Positions 10,264 to 20,236 are shown, counted from the stretch's first letter. The stretch: 64,000 nt of DNA from Pseudomonadota bacterium (GCA_022560735.1 JADFSO010000005.1:47822-111821), one strand, 5' to 3'. Program-made: numbers and translations. Notes: generated by a model not told the origin, from the sequence alone.

Positions 10264-10286
10264 GTAATTAAAAGCGAGCGCATCCC

Positions 10287-11609
10287 ATGAGTGAATCAGG
10301 AAGAGGAGTCAGCCGTCGTACGGTTTTGCGCGGTCTGGCCTCCGGCGCAGTAGTGGCAATCGCTGGTGCTGTAAAAGCCCGGACGGTCGGTGAATTACCC
10401 AAACCGCCTACTGACGTCGCCCCGCAAACACTATCACGTGATGAGGATTACTGGAGTGAAGTGGCCAGTTATTATGATGCCACCGTCGGGACGATCAATC
10501 TCGAACATGGCTACTGGGGCAAGATGGCTCGTCCTGTACAGGAGTTTTATCTGTCAGCTACCAGGATGGTAAACAAACAAAACTCTTACTATGCACGCAG
10601 GGACTACGACGCAGATCACCAGTCAAGTGTGCAACGTGTTGCTCGCGCACTGGGGGCGGAAGAAAGTGAGATTGTACTTACCCGAAACGCAACCGAGGCC
10701 ATTCATAATTTAATTCGTCAGTATCGTGGGCTGAGATCCGGCGATGCCGTACTTTATGCCGATGCAGATTATCCCAGTTTCAAGACAACCATGGCGTGGC
10801 TGGAAAAGGTACATGATGTGAATGCTGTTGAAATCGAGCTGCCAGCCCGAGCCAACCAGCAAGAGCTACTGAAAAAATATATCAGTGCGTTCGATGCAAA
10901 CCGCAATCTGAAGTTAATCCTGGTCACTCATGTGAGCAATCAACACGGCATGGTAATACCGCTGAAAGCGATAGCAGCGGAAGCGCGTATTCGTGGTATC
11001 GATGTGATTTGCGATAACGCACAGTCATGGGGGTTAATGGACTATAGAATCAGTGACCTCGATGTGGACTGGGCCGGGTTCAATTTGCATAAATGGATCG
11101 GTGCACCGCTGGGGGTCGGCGCACTTTACATGCGGCGCGGGTCATTACAGAAAATTGCCCCTTACCCGGGCGAGGTTGACTTGAATAACACCGATGCCGG
11201 TGCCCGCGTCCATACCGCTACTTCCAACTTTGCTGCTATTCTTGCCATACCTGCTGCACTGGATTTCCATGAATTAATCGGTGGCGCAAACAAGGAAGCT
11301 CGACTTAACTATCTTAGAAGCTTGTGGACCAGCGAAGCAGAGGCAATGCCCAATATTGAAGTACTCGGTGGCACTGATGAAGCATCCCGCACGGGCATGG
11401 CGTCATTGCGTCTGGTTGCTAAGAAAACAATTGAAGATGCAAAGAAACTTCAACAAAGGCTGGAAAACGATTTCGGAATCTTTACCGTAGTGAGAAAAGG
11501 ATTGGCAAGTGGAGGCTGTGTAAGGATTACACCGCAGATATTCAGTACTCCCGGACAAATAGGCCGATTCGTGGATGCACTGCGAGTACTTAACAAATTG
11601 AGGCGTTAG
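10287..11609 (+). CDS. Cassette 4: Tat-exported class V aminotransferase (isopenicillin-N epimerase / cysteine desulfurase-like)
   Basis: Twin-arginine signal SRRTVL; PLP motifs DNAQS and NLHKWIGAPLG; NLEHGYWG, TRNATEA. Confidence 0.85.
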   Translation: MSESGRGVSRRTVLRGLASGAVVAIAGAVKARTVGELPKPPTDVAPQTLSRDEDYWSEVASYYDATVGTINLEHGYWGKMARPVQEFYLSATRMVNKQNSYYARRDYDADHQSSVQRVARALGAEESEIVLTRNATEAIHNLIRQYRGLRSGDAVLYADADYPSFKTTMAWLEKVHDVNAVEIELPARANQQELLKKYISAFDANRNLKLILVTHVSNQHGMVIPLKAIAAEARIRGIDVICDNAQSWGLMDYRISDLDVDWAGFNLHKWIGAPLGVGALYMRRGSLQKIAPYPGEVDLNNTDAGARVHTATSNFAAILAIPAALDFHELIGGANKEARLNYLRSLWTSEAEAMPNIEVLGGTDEASRTGMASLRLVAKKTIEDAKKLQQRLENDFGIFTVVRKGLASGGCVRITPQIFSTPGQIGRFVDALRVLNKLRR

Positions 11610-11611
11610 GC
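11588..11611 (+). other. Collapsed attC (24 bp)
   Basis: ACTTAAC-AAATT-GAGGC-GTTAGGC: both cores and spacers present, L boxes and loop absent. Confidence 0.65.
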
Positions 11612-11627
11612 GTAAACCGAGATACCA

Positions 11628-11972
11628 GTGGAATTCGACAATTCAATAATTCTGGCAGTGTTTCTGGGTATGTTGCTGCTGCTGGTGATCCTGTTCCTCG
11701 GCGTAATGATTGCAGGCGCCCTTGCGCCTAGACCGTCTCGCGGCGCACCGCTAATTGCGTCCGAAGACGGTCATTTTGAAGTCGCGGGGAAACGTATCTC
11801 TTGCTCGCATTGTGGCGGCTCTGAATTCAGCGTAAATCAAATTCTTTTGAACACCTGGCTTCTTTCACTGTTAAGGATCGATTGGTTGGACGCAAGCGCC
11901 AGTGTTTTGACATGTCTAAAATGCGGGCAACTTACGTGGTTCAATCAAGACTCGGCAAAAGGTGACGAGTGA
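11628..11972 (+). CDS. Cassette 5: membrane-anchored zinc-ribbon protein
   Basis: GTG start, N-terminal TM helix, CSHC...CLKC. Confidence 0.7.
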   Translation: MEFDNSIILAVFLGMLLLLVILFLGVMIAGALAPRPSRGAPLIASEDGHFEVAGKRISCSHCGGSEFSVNQILLNTWLLSLLRIDWLDASASVLTCLKCGQLTWFNQDSAKGDE

Positions 11973-12339
11973 ATGCCATCTTGAGTACTTCGATAACGCG
12001 ATTTTTCTCTCTGGGGCTGCGATGCTCGTCAGACCCGACGCTGTTACCGGTTTCTTTCGCGAAAATTCGGGCTCACTTGGACTCCATGTCTTAGCGGTAG
12101 TGGTCAGACTGATTTTGGGTGCAGCACTCATTGGGTATGCAACGGATTCCAAATATCCAGTCGCCTTGCAGATCTTCGGTTGGCTTTCGGTGGGTGGTGC
12201 AATTATTTTGGGAGGAATGGGCCGGGCTCGATTCAAGGCCGTGATTAGCTGAGCGCTCGGTTTCGCCTCATCTCTCATGCGTTTTGCTGGCTTGTTGGCC
12301 GCTGCGCTTGGAGGCTTTCTGATTTATGCAGTAGCTTGA
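11962..12339 (+). pseudogene. Cassette 6: small multi-TM protein, probably 5'-truncated, with internal TGA at 12250-12252
   Basis: The hydrophobic ORF continues in frame past TGA (KAVIS*ALGFASSLMRFAGLLAAALGGFLIYAVA*), consistent with TGG>TGA. Confidence 0.6.
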
Positions 12340-12349
12340 TTCGACAGTG

Positions 12350-12373
12350 CTGCAACAAAGCCAAGCGTTGGGC
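12350..12373 (+). other. Collapsed attC (24 bp)
   Basis: CTGCAAC-AAAGC-CAAGC-GTTGGGC; same geometry as 11588-11611. Confidence 0.6.
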
Positions 12374-12403
12374 ATAAATATTTAAACCGTGGAGTAGTCA
12401 GAA

Positions 12404-12685
12404 ATGAAAGCCATCTGGAAAGACACAGTAATAGCACAATCCGATGAAACAGTAGTCGTTGAAGGAAACCATTATTTCCCGGCAGAATCGGTTAGCATGG
12501 AGTTTCTAAAAGACAGCGACACAATATCGGGATGCCCGTGGAAGGGAACCGCCAACTACTACAACATAGATGTCGACGGTGAAACCAACCCGGACGCAGC
12601 TTGGTACTATCCGGACCCCAAGGACGCCGCGAGCGAAATCCGCGGTCGAATTGCCTTCTGGAAAGGAGTGCAGATCATCGAGTGA
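12404..12685 (+). CDS. Cassette 7: DUF427 family protein
   Basis: MKAIWKDTVIAQSDETVVVEGNHYFP...SGCPWKGTANYY...AAWYYPDPK...RIAFWKGV. GGAG RBS. Confidence 0.85.
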   Translation: MKAIWKDTVIAQSDETVVVEGNHYFPAESVSMEFLKDSDTISGCPWKGTANYYNIDVDGETNPDAAWYYPDPKDAASEIRGRIAFWKGVQIIE

Positions 12686-12701
12686 TGACTTCCGGATTTA
12701 T

Positions 12702-12761
12702 GCTTGACCCGTGCAAGCAAGCGAACCTCCTTTCGGTCGACTGCGGTTGCTGGCGTCAGGC
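12702..12761 (+). other. Degenerate attC with TGAC/GTCA cores (60 bp)
   Basis: GCTTGAC-CCGT-GCAA...TTGC-TGGC-GTCAGGC, located 16 nt after the DUF427 stop. Confidence 0.45.
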
Positions 12762-12837
12762 ATAGAACGGCATGCCGATTTGCTGGCTCAGACCATCGAT
12801 ATGTATGACAATATCTCAAACCGCTTAGGAGAAAATC

Positions 12838-13156
12838 ATGGGGACGATTCCCGCCAAACAATACCTGAAGATAACCGAGCGCTTTCCGGATTATATGAGC
12901 GCTGTCGAGTCACTTGGAAAAACTGCAAAGAAGGAAGGCCCGATCGATGAGAAGACCGCCCCACCTGGTTCAAATAGCGGCGGCGGCGGCGATTCGCTCT
13001 GAAGGAGCTGTGCACAGTCATACAAGAAGAGCCATTGACGCTGGTGCACAGGCTGATGAAATTTATCACGCCATCATACTTATTACGAGTACCATTGCGT
13101 TTCCCACTGTTGTGGCGGCATTAAGCTGGGTAGACGATGTGATTGAAGGTTCCTGA
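12838..13156 (+). pseudogene. Carboxymuconolactone decarboxylase (CMD/AhpD-like) gene with +1 frameshift
   Basis: AGGAG RBS, then MGTIPAKQY...EGPIDEKTA. An extra C in the run at 12959-12962 shifts the frame to HLVQIAAAAAIRSEGAVHSHTRRAIDAG...FPTVVAALSWV. Confidence 0.75.
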
Positions 13157-13310
13157 TATCAAGTACGTAACACATTATTGCGCCTTCCCATTTGCAGACC
13201 GATAATTGAGGTGGTTTCGTTGCGAACCACGGCGCTGCCGGGAAAGCTGCAGCGAATCCGGCCGGCGCTCAATTTCAAACAGCCATTGCATTGGCAGGAG
13301 TTTGAGAATC

Positions 13311-13916
13311 ATGACGTTGCCGATCCGCTCTGCCCGATGGAAGATCTTGCTGGCCATGCTGGTTCTGGCGACTAGCCTGAGCGCCTGCGCTTCCATTCCA
13401 ACCGGTGCGCATTACGACCATGCATCGGATTTCAGTGGCTACCGGTCTTATTCCTGGATCGCCGCCAATCCGCTGATTCTGGGTAGCGGTGAACAATCCT
13501 CGATCAGCCCGCTGACCCAGAGCTATATCACCCGGGCGATTGGCGCTGAACTCGAGCGCAAGGATTATGCCTTCGCCGATTCGCCGGCTGAGGCTGACTT
13601 CATCGTATGTTATACGCTGGGCACACGGGCGACGATCGATGCCTACTCATACCCGGCCACACATCAGGGAGACTGGGGATGGCATCTGTATGGACGCCAT
13701 TACTATACGAGTCAAGTGCATCATCGGTCTTATACCGAGGGAACATTGAGTATCGATATTTTTGACGGAAAATCCAGACAACCCGTTTGGCACGGGTGGG
13801 CCGGCAAGACGATAAGCGATGCCAACCAGCAAAAACCATTGCCGATCATCAAGAAAGCGGTCGCCCAAATATTTGAGCAATTCCCGCCGGGTCAAGACGC
13901 GTTCGATAGTAAATAA
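13311..13916 (+). CDS. DUF4136-like lipoprotein
   Basis: RBS CAGGAG; lipobox LSAC; DFSGYRSYSW; YTEGTLSIDIFDGKSRQPVWHG. Confidence 0.8.
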   Translation: MTLPIRSARWKILLAMLVLATSLSACASIPTGAHYDHASDFSGYRSYSWIAANPLILGSGEQSSISPLTQSYITRAIGAELERKDYAFADSPAEADFIVCYTLGTRATIDAYSYPATHQGDWGWHLYGRHYYTSQVHHRSYTEGTLSIDIFDGKSRQPVWHGWAGKTISDANQQKPLPIIKKAVAQIFEQFPPGQDAFDSK

Positions 13917-13952
13917 TCCTGCCCGAAATAGCTGACCGCCGGCATCAGCCAC

Positions 13953-15653
13953 TCAATATCCCGCCGCGTGCCCATCCTTCCTGGTCTCGGACGCACCGAT
14001 ATAAGTGCCGTTTTTCTCATCGCGGCGGATCGCCTGGTAGCCGCCAAAGCCACCGACCGACAGGCTCACATGGTGACCCCTTTGCCTTAGCTCTGCGATG
14101 ACCTGATCGTCAATTCCCGATTCCAGCAACAGCACGCCGCCATCGTGCATTTGCTCGCCGGTCGGCTGGCTGCTGCCTTCGTGGCGCAGGCGCGGCGCGT
14201 CGCCCGCCTCCTGCAGGTTCATACCGAAATCGATCAGGTTTACGAGGATCTGCACATGCGCCTGTGGCTGCATCGCCCCACCCATGATGCCAAAACTCAG
14301 CCAGGGCTTACCGTCTTTGGTGACAAATGCGGGAATGATGGTGTGGAAAGGGCGTTTGCCAGGCTCGAAGCTGTTGGCATGGCCCTCCTCGAGACTGAAC
14401 AACTCACCGCGGTCTTGCAGGTTGAAGCCCAGACCGGGCGGCACCATGCCCGAACCCATACCGCGATAATTGCTCTGGATCAGCGAGACCATGTTGCCGT
14501 ATTTGTCGGCCGTCGTGAGGTAAATGGTATCGCCGTTTTTCAGCTTTGGGTCCCCCGGCGGATATGCCTTCGCGGCTTTTTCCATCGACAGAAGTTCGCG
14601 CCGCCGGTCTGCGTATGCTTTCGATATCATTTCCTTGACCGGCACATCGGCGAAATCCGGGTCGGCATAGAACTTCGCCCGGTCTTCGAAAGCCAGTTTC
14701 TTGGCTTCGGTCAGCACGTGCAGGTAATCTGCGCTGCCAAATCCCATGGCGGCAAGATCGAAAGGCTCCAGGATGTTCAGCATCTGCAAAGCCGCGATAC
14801 CCTGGCCGTTCGGTGGCAGCTCCCAGACATCGTAACCGCGATAACTCGTCGAGACCGGCTCAACCCATTCGGAACGGTGGCTTAGCAAATCCTCGTAGCT
14901 GAGGAAGCCGCCATTGGCCTGCACGTGGTCGGCGATGACATGCGCCATCTCGCCCTTGTAAAACACATCACGGCCGCCCTCGGCAATTTTTTCCAGGGTA
15001 TTTGCCAATCGCGGGTTCTTGAAAATCTCGCCCTTGGCGGGCGCCCGGCCATTGGGTAAATAGGTTTCGCGGAACGCGGGATACTCGCCGAGTATGGTCT
15101 CGTATTTTTTCCACAGCCAGGCGATGTATTCGCTGACCGGGAAGCCTTCGCGGGCGTAATCGATCGCGGGTTTGAGTATTTCCTTCATCGGCAGCGAACC
15201 AAAACGCTGATGCATCTCGAACCAGCCATCGACCGTGCCCGGCACGCTGACCGGCAATGCTCCACGCGGTGGGATCGACTCGTAGCCGTTGTCGATAAAC
15301 CATTCCCGCGTCAGCGAGCGCGGCGAGCGCCCGCTGGCATTCAGGCCATACAGTTTTTTCGTTTTGGCATCCCAGATTATCGCGAACAAGTCGCCGCCGA
15401 TGCCGTTACCGGTCGGCTCCATCAGGCCGAGCGCGGCGTTCGCCGCGATGGCGGCGTCGATTGCGTTACCACCGGACTTGAGAATATCGATCGCTATCTG
15501 AGTCGCGAGCGGCTGGCTGGTCGCCGCCATGCCATGCGTCGCGATGACCTCGGAGCGGCTGGCAAAGCTGTCACCTGATTCTCGGTCGTATCCATATCCC
15601 ATCGGGGTCACCATAAACAACATCAGTCCGCTCAAAATCCACTGGCTTCGCAT
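13953..15653 (-). CDS. ggt: Gamma-glutamyltransferase
   Basis: Signal peptide; GGNAIDAAIA, EPTGNGIGGD, autocleavage GDTIY, PGKRPFHTIIP, GGAMQPQ. Confidence 0.95.
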   Translation of the reverse strand: MRSQWILSGLMLFMVTPMGYGYDRESGDSFASRSEVIATHGMAATSQPLATQIAIDILKSGGNAIDAAIAANAALGLMEPTGNGIGGDLFAIIWDAKTKKLYGLNASGRSPRSLTREWFIDNGYESIPPRGALPVSVPGTVDGWFEMHQRFGSLPMKEILKPAIDYAREGFPVSEYIAWLWKKYETILGEYPAFRETYLPNGRAPAKGEIFKNPRLANTLEKIAEGGRDVFYKGEMAHVIADHVQANGGFLSYEDLLSHRSEWVEPVSTSYRGYDVWELPPNGQGIAALQMLNILEPFDLAAMGFGSADYLHVLTEAKKLAFEDRAKFYADPDFADVPVKEMISKAYADRRRELLSMEKAAKAYPPGDPKLKNGDTIYLTTADKYGNMVSLIQSNYRGMGSGMVPPGLGFNLQDRGELFSLEEGHANSFEPGKRPFHTIIPAFVTKDGKPWLSFGIMGGAMQPQAHVQILVNLIDFGMNLQEAGDAPRLRHEGSSQPTGEQMHDGGVLLLESGIDDQVIAELRQRGHHVSLSVGGFGGYQAIRRDEKNGTYIGASETRKDGHAAGY

Positions 15654-15752
15654 TCGGGGTCTCCATCGTCGGCGGCAGGCCCCGATTGTCCCACAAAATC
15701 GTAATAGGCGGCAGGGTTGTTATACACTGGATTCCTTTGCGGAGACCACGCA

Positions 15753-17075
15753 ATGACTCAGTTGGCAACGCATTACCCGGCCCACCTGGATCGGGTGAAG
15801 GGCTTTACGGACCAGGCACTGGAGGCCACCGGCTACGACGAGCTGCTGATCGCCGGTGGCGCACTCAAAGTCGTTTTCCTCGACGATAACAGCTATCCGT
15901 TCAAGACGAATCCACACCTCAAATGGTGGGCGCCGATCACCGATAATCCAAACTGCTGGCTGCATTACCGGCCGGGCGAGAAACCGCTGTTTATCTTTTT
16001 CCGGCCGCTCGATTACTGGCACGATGCGGCGCTCGCACCGACCGATTTCTGGGTCGATCATTTCGATCTGAAACTGATCGGAAATCCGGGCGAGATTCGT
16101 GATCTGCTACCCAAGGACCTGTCGAAAACGGCCTTCATCGGCGAGGACACCAACGCCGCGGGCAATTGGGACGTAGGCGCGGTCAATCCGCAGCCCCTGA
16201 TCGATCATCTCGACCACCATCGCGCCGCGAAATCCGAATATGAGGTCGCCTGCATGCGCGAGGCATCGAAACTGGGTTGCCGGGGCCATCGCGCGGCCGA
16301 GCAGGCATTCCGGGATGGCGCGACCGAGTTCGAAATCCATCTCGCCTATCTCAAAGCCACCGGCCACATGGAGCACCAGCTTCCCTACGGCAACATCATC
16401 GCGCTCAACAGTCACGGCTCGGTTTTGCATTACCAGGCCCTGGAGCGGAAAAACCCGGCTGAGCGATTGTCATTCCTGATCGATGCGGGCGCGCAATGCA
16501 ATGGCTATGCCGCCGACATCACGCGAACCTACGCGGCGGAAGACGGTGATTTCCAGGCGATGATCGCGGCCATGGAGAAAACCCAGCTGGAGATATGTGC
16601 ACGCGTCAAACCGGGTCTGGATTACCGTGAATTGCATTTGCAGGCCCATCTGCTGCTGGCCGGCATCCTCGCCGACTTCGAGGTGATCAATGTCAGCGCC
16701 GAAGAAGCCGTGGCCAGCGGTTTGAGCGGCGTGTTTTTTCCGCATGGCCTGGGTCACCTGATCGGCCTGCACGTACATGACAACGGTGGTTTCTCCGCCG
16801 GCGCCGGCGGCGGGAAAATAGACCCGCCCGATGGCCACCCGTTCCTGCGGCTGACCCGCATACTCGAAGAGGACTGGGTCATGACCATCGAACCGGGCAT
16901 TTATTTTATCGAGCAACTGCTGCAACCGGTTCGCGATGGCAGCGACTCGGCCAGGATCAACTGGACCGCGATCGATAAATTCAGCCCCTGCGGCGGCATC
17001 AGGATCGAGGACAATGTGCGGGCCAGCGATGGGGCATGCGAAAACCTGACCCGGGATGCATTTTCCGCGCTATAA
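15753..17075 (+). CDS. pepQ: Xaa-Pro dipeptidase (prolidase)
   Basis: M24 motifs LIDAGA...ADITRT, FPHGLGHLIGLHVHD, TIEPGIYF, GGIRIED; PepQ-type N-terminus (FLDDNSYPFK). Confidence 0.92.
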   Translation: MTQLATHYPAHLDRVKGFTDQALEATGYDELLIAGGALKVVFLDDNSYPFKTNPHLKWWAPITDNPNCWLHYRPGEKPLFIFFRPLDYWHDAALAPTDFWVDHFDLKLIGNPGEIRDLLPKDLSKTAFIGEDTNAAGNWDVGAVNPQPLIDHLDHHRAAKSEYEVACMREASKLGCRGHRAAEQAFRDGATEFEIHLAYLKATGHMEHQLPYGNIIALNSHGSVLHYQALERKNPAERLSFLIDAGAQCNGYAADITRTYAAEDGDFQAMIAAMEKTQLEICARVKPGLDYRELHLQAHLLLAGILADFEVINVSAEEAVASGLSGVFFPHGLGHLIGLHVHDNGGFSAGAGGGKIDPPDGHPFLRLTRILEEDWVMTIEPGIYFIEQLLQPVRDGSDSARINWTAIDKFSPCGGIRIEDNVRASDGACENLTRDAFSAL

Positions 17076-17104
17076 AAAAAACCGCGGGTGAACGCGGTTT
17101 TTTT
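17074..17104. terminator. Bidirectional intrinsic terminator between pepQ and rplQ
   Basis: A-tract-CCGCG-GGTGAA-CGCGG-T-tract between convergent genes. Confidence 0.9.
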
Positions 17105-17157
17105 GTTGCGGCTGACAGACCGTGTGGCATGCTTGGCCTTATGTTCGTTACCTTCGT

Positions 17158-17529
17158 TTATTCGCTGGCGGGCGTTTCCTCGACCAGTTTGACCACCGCC
17201 ATCGGGGCTGCGTCGCCCGTTCGCAGCCCTGCCTTCAGGATGCGCAGATAACCACCGGGACGGTTGACATAGCGTGGACCGATTTCGCTAAACAGCTTGC
17301 CCACGGCTTCCTTGTCGCGCAGGCGATCGAAAGCGCGACGGCGTTGTGCAACGCCATCGGTCTTGGCCATGGTGATCAGCGGCTCGACAACCCGGCGCAG
17401 TTCCTTGGCCTTTGGCAGCGTGGTGCGAATGGTTTCATGACGCAGCAGCGACACCGCCATGTTCTTGAACATGGCTTTGCGGTGCGAGCTGTTGCGCCCG
17501 AGTTTACGGCCGGATTTGCGATGATGCAT
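17158..17529 (-). CDS. rplQ: 50S ribosomal protein L17
   Basis: [21 protein letters not shown]...[14 protein letters not shown]. Confidence 0.98.
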   Translation of the reverse strand: MHHRKSGRKLGRNSSHRKAMFKNMAVSLLRHETIRTTLPKAKELRRVVEPLITMAKTDGVAQRRRAFDRLRDKEAVGKLFSEIGPRYVNRPGGYLRILKAGLRTGDAAPMAVVKLVEETPASE

Positions 17530-17571
17530 GTTTATCGATTCCAGTTCACGAAGAGATCGGATCCGCGAGGA

Positions 17572-18576
17572 TCAGGCAATGACCCGCTCTTCTTCAGGTT
17601 GCAGGCTGGGTGGCGGCCAGTTTTCCAGGCGCATACCCAGCGACAGTTCATGGCTGAGTAAAACTTCCTTGATCTCGGTCAGCGACTTCTTGCCCAGGTT
17701 CGGGGTGCGCAGCAGTTCGACTTCGGTACACTGAACGAGGTCGCCGATGTAGTTAATGCTTTCGGCCTTAAGGCAATTCGCCGAGCGAACCGTCAGCTCG
17801 AGATCATCAACCGGGCGCAGCAGGATCGGATCGATCTGCGCTTCGGCCATGCTGGCCGCCGTGTCATCCTGCCCTTGCAGGTCGACGAATACCGAGAGCT
17901 GATCCTTGAGGATGCTGCCGGCGCGGCGTATCGCTTCCTCGGGATCGATCGCGCCATTGGTCTCGATATCGATGATCAGCTTATCGAGGTCGGTGCGCTG
18001 CTCGACACGGGCCGCCTCGACGCTGTAGGTCACGCGGCGAATCGGGCTGAACGAGGCATCGAGTTGCAGAACACCGATCTCGCGCGTAGCCTCGTCAAAG
18101 CGAATCCGTTGCTTGGCGGGCAGATAGCCGCGGCCACGCCGGATTTTCAGGGTCATGCGAAGCTCGCCCTTCTTGGTCAGGTTCGCAATGACCATATCGG
18201 GGTTGACCACTTCGATATCGTGATCGACCGCAATATCGCCGGCGGTCACCGGACCGGGGCCTTTCTTGAACAGGCTCAGCGTCGCCTCCTCACGCGTGTG
18301 CATACACAACGCAACCTGCTTGAGGTTGAGCAGAATATCTACGATGTCTTCCTGCACGCCTTCGATGCTGGTGTACTCGTGCAGCACACCCTCGATTTCT
18401 GCCTCGACAATGGCGCTGCCGGGCATCGAAGACAAAAGGATACGACGCAGGGCATTGCCCAGCGTGTGGCCAAAACCACGCTCGAACGGTTCGATAACCA
18501 CGCGAGCCTGGTTTTCATTGCGGGATATCAGCTTGACGACCCGCGGCTTTAGAAAATCTGTAGTGCTATCCAGCAT
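17572..18576 (-). CDS. rpoA: RNA polymerase alpha subunit
   Basis: [22 protein letters not shown]; alpha-[14 protein letters not shown]. Confidence 0.99.
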   Translation of the reverse strand: MLDSTTDFLKPRVVKLISRNENQARVVIEPFERGFGHTLGNALRRILLSSMPGSAIVEAEIEGVLHEYTSIEGVQEDIVDILLNLKQVALCMHTREEATLSLFKKGPGPVTAGDIAVDHDIEVVNPDMVIANLTKKGELRMTLKIRRGRGYLPAKQRIRFDEATREIGVLQLDASFSPIRRVTYSVEAARVEQRTDLDKLIIDIETNGAIDPEEAIRRAGSILKDQLSVFVDLQGQDDTAASMAEAQIDPILLRPVDDLELTVRSANCLKAESINYIGDLVQCTEVELLRTPNLGKKSLTEIKEVLLSHELSLGMRLENWPPPSLQPEEERVIA

Positions 18577-18594
18577 TGATCGATACCTTCACAT

Positions 18595-19215
18595 TTACTT
18601 GGAGTACAACTCGACAACCAGGTTTTCATTGATATCCGGAAGAATCTCGTCTCTTTCCGGGACAGCTTTGAAAACGCCACTCATTTTCTTCACATCGACT
18701 TCGACCCAGTCCGGCAAACCTACCTGGCCGGCAATATCGATCGAAGCCTTAATCCGGTCCTGCTTCTGCGCTTTTTCGCGTATGGAAATCTCATCGCCCG
18801 CCGCCACCTGGTAGGAAGAAATGTTGGTGACCTTGCCATTGACCAGCACCGACTTGTGGCTGACCAGCTGGCGAGCCTCGGCGCGGGTGCGGGCGAAACC
18901 CATGCGGTAAACCACGTTGTCCAGACGGCCTTCCAGCAGCTTGAGTAACAGTTCACCGGTCGCGCCTTTGCGGCCGGCCGCATTCTTGTAATAGTTGCGG
19001 AACTGGCGCTCCAGCACCCCGTACATGCGGCGCAGTTTTTGTTTCTCGCGCAATTGCAGACCGTAATCCGACAACCGCGTACGGCGTTGACCCGGTCCGC
19101 CAGGGGGCACGTCCAGCTTGCACTTGGATTCCAGTGGCCGGACCCCGCTTTTGAGGAACAAATCGGTTCCCTCGCGGCGTGACAGCTTACACTTTGGACC
19201 TGTATACCTTGCCAT
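18595..19215 (-). CDS. rpsD: 30S ribosomal protein S4
   Basis: [16 protein letters not shown]; LREKQK; RLDNVVYR. Confidence 0.99.
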   Translation of the reverse strand: MARYTGPKCKLSRREGTDLFLKSGVRPLESKCKLDVPPGGPGQRRTRLSDYGLQLREKQKLRRMYGVLERQFRNYYKNAAGRKGATGELLLKLLEGRLDNVVYRMGFARTRAEARQLVSHKSVLVNGKVTNISSYQVAAGDEISIREKAQKQDRIKASIDIAGQVGLPDWVEVDVKKMSGVFKAVPERDEILPDINENLVVELYSK

Positions 19216-19224
19216 CTTTAATCC

Positions 19225-19611
19225 TCAGACTCTGCGCTTTTTCGGCGGACGACAACCGTTGTGAGGTATCGGCGTCACGTCGGCGATACTGGTGATGCGA
19301 AAACCGACTGAATTCAGCGAACGGACAGCCGCTTCACGACCCGGGCCCGGACCCTTGACGCGAACCTCCAGGTTCTTGATGCCGAATTCCAGCGCCGCGT
19401 TACCCGCTTTCTCGGCAGCAACCTGGGCGGCAAACGGCGTACTCTTGCGTGATCCACGGAAGCCACAGCCGCCCGCGGTCGCCCACGAAAGAGTATTGCC
19501 CTGGCGGTCGGTGATCGTGATGATCGTGTTGTTAAAGGACGCATGAATGTGCGCGATGGCGTCTGCCACCTGTTTTTTCACTTTCTTGCGTGCTTTCGTA
19601 TGCGTTGCCAT
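19225..19611 (-). CDS. rpsK: 30S ribosomal protein S11
   Basis: [10 protein letters not shown]; [18 protein letters not shown]. Confidence 0.99.
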   Translation of the reverse strand: MATHTKARKKVKKQVADAIAHIHASFNNTIITITDRQGNTLSWATAGGCGFRGSRKSTPFAAQVAAEKAGNAALEFGIKNLEVRVKGPGPGREAAVRSLNSVGFRITSIADVTPIPHNGCRPPKKRRV

Positions 19612-19665
19612 ATATGTATCCTGAATATCTGCCGTGCGCCTTTATCGGCGCCACTTTGCTAAAAA

Positions 19666-20022
19666 TTATTTCCTGACCAGGCGCCGCGGTCCCTTGCGGG
19701 TGCGCGCGTTGGTACGGGTACGCTGGCCGTGCATCGGCAGGCCGCGTCGATGCCGAATACCGCGGTAGCACCCCAGATCCAGCAAGCGCTTGATGTTGAT
19801 CGAAACCTCGCGGCGCAAATCACCTTCGACGGTATAGTTCGCAACCGCGCCACGAATACGCTCGACTTCGGGTTCGCTCAGATCGCTGACCCGGGTCGCG
19901 GGATTAATATCCACAGCCGCGCAAATCTTGCCGGCGCTGCTTAGCCCCACACCATAAATGTGCTGCAGAGCAATCACGATGTGCTTGTTGGTCGGTATGT
20001 TTATTCCAGCAATTCGAGCCAT
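19666..20022 (-). CDS. rpsM: 30S ribosomal protein S13
   Basis: [10 protein letters not shown]; [13 protein letters not shown]; RTNARTRKG. Confidence 0.99.
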   Translation of the reverse strand: MARIAGINIPTNKHIVIALQHIYGVGLSSAGKICAAVDINPATRVSDLSEPEVERIRGAVANYTVEGDLRREVSINIKRLLDLGCYRGIRHRRGLPMHGQRTRTNARTRKGPRRLVRK

Positions 20023-20084
20023 TAAAGGCGCTCCTCAATAGCCAGCGCGAAGCCGATCAGTATATGAAAATCCGGGTCCAAAAT

Positions 20085-20197
20085 CTATCCTTGCCGCTGC
20101 TTGTGGCGGGGATCCGTACAGATCACCCTGACCACGCGATTGCGGCGAATGATTTTGCAATTCCGGCAAATCTTCTTCACCGATGCACGCACTTTCA
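20085..20197 (-). pseudogene. rpmJ: 50S ribosomal protein L36 (zinc-binding type), frameshifted as given
   Basis: [30 protein letters not shown], then out of frame. One more C at 20108-20110 gives RHKQRQG*. The span is 113 nt, not a multiple of 3. Confidence 0.85.
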
Positions 20198-20236
20198 TGA
20201 TCTATCTCCCGTCAACAACCTGGGTCAGACAGGGCC

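Noticed and set aside
11991-13181. Isolated TAAC motifs at 11991 and 13165 as attC left ends
   Set aside because: No pairing arm or GTT core; single cores are too common to support a call.
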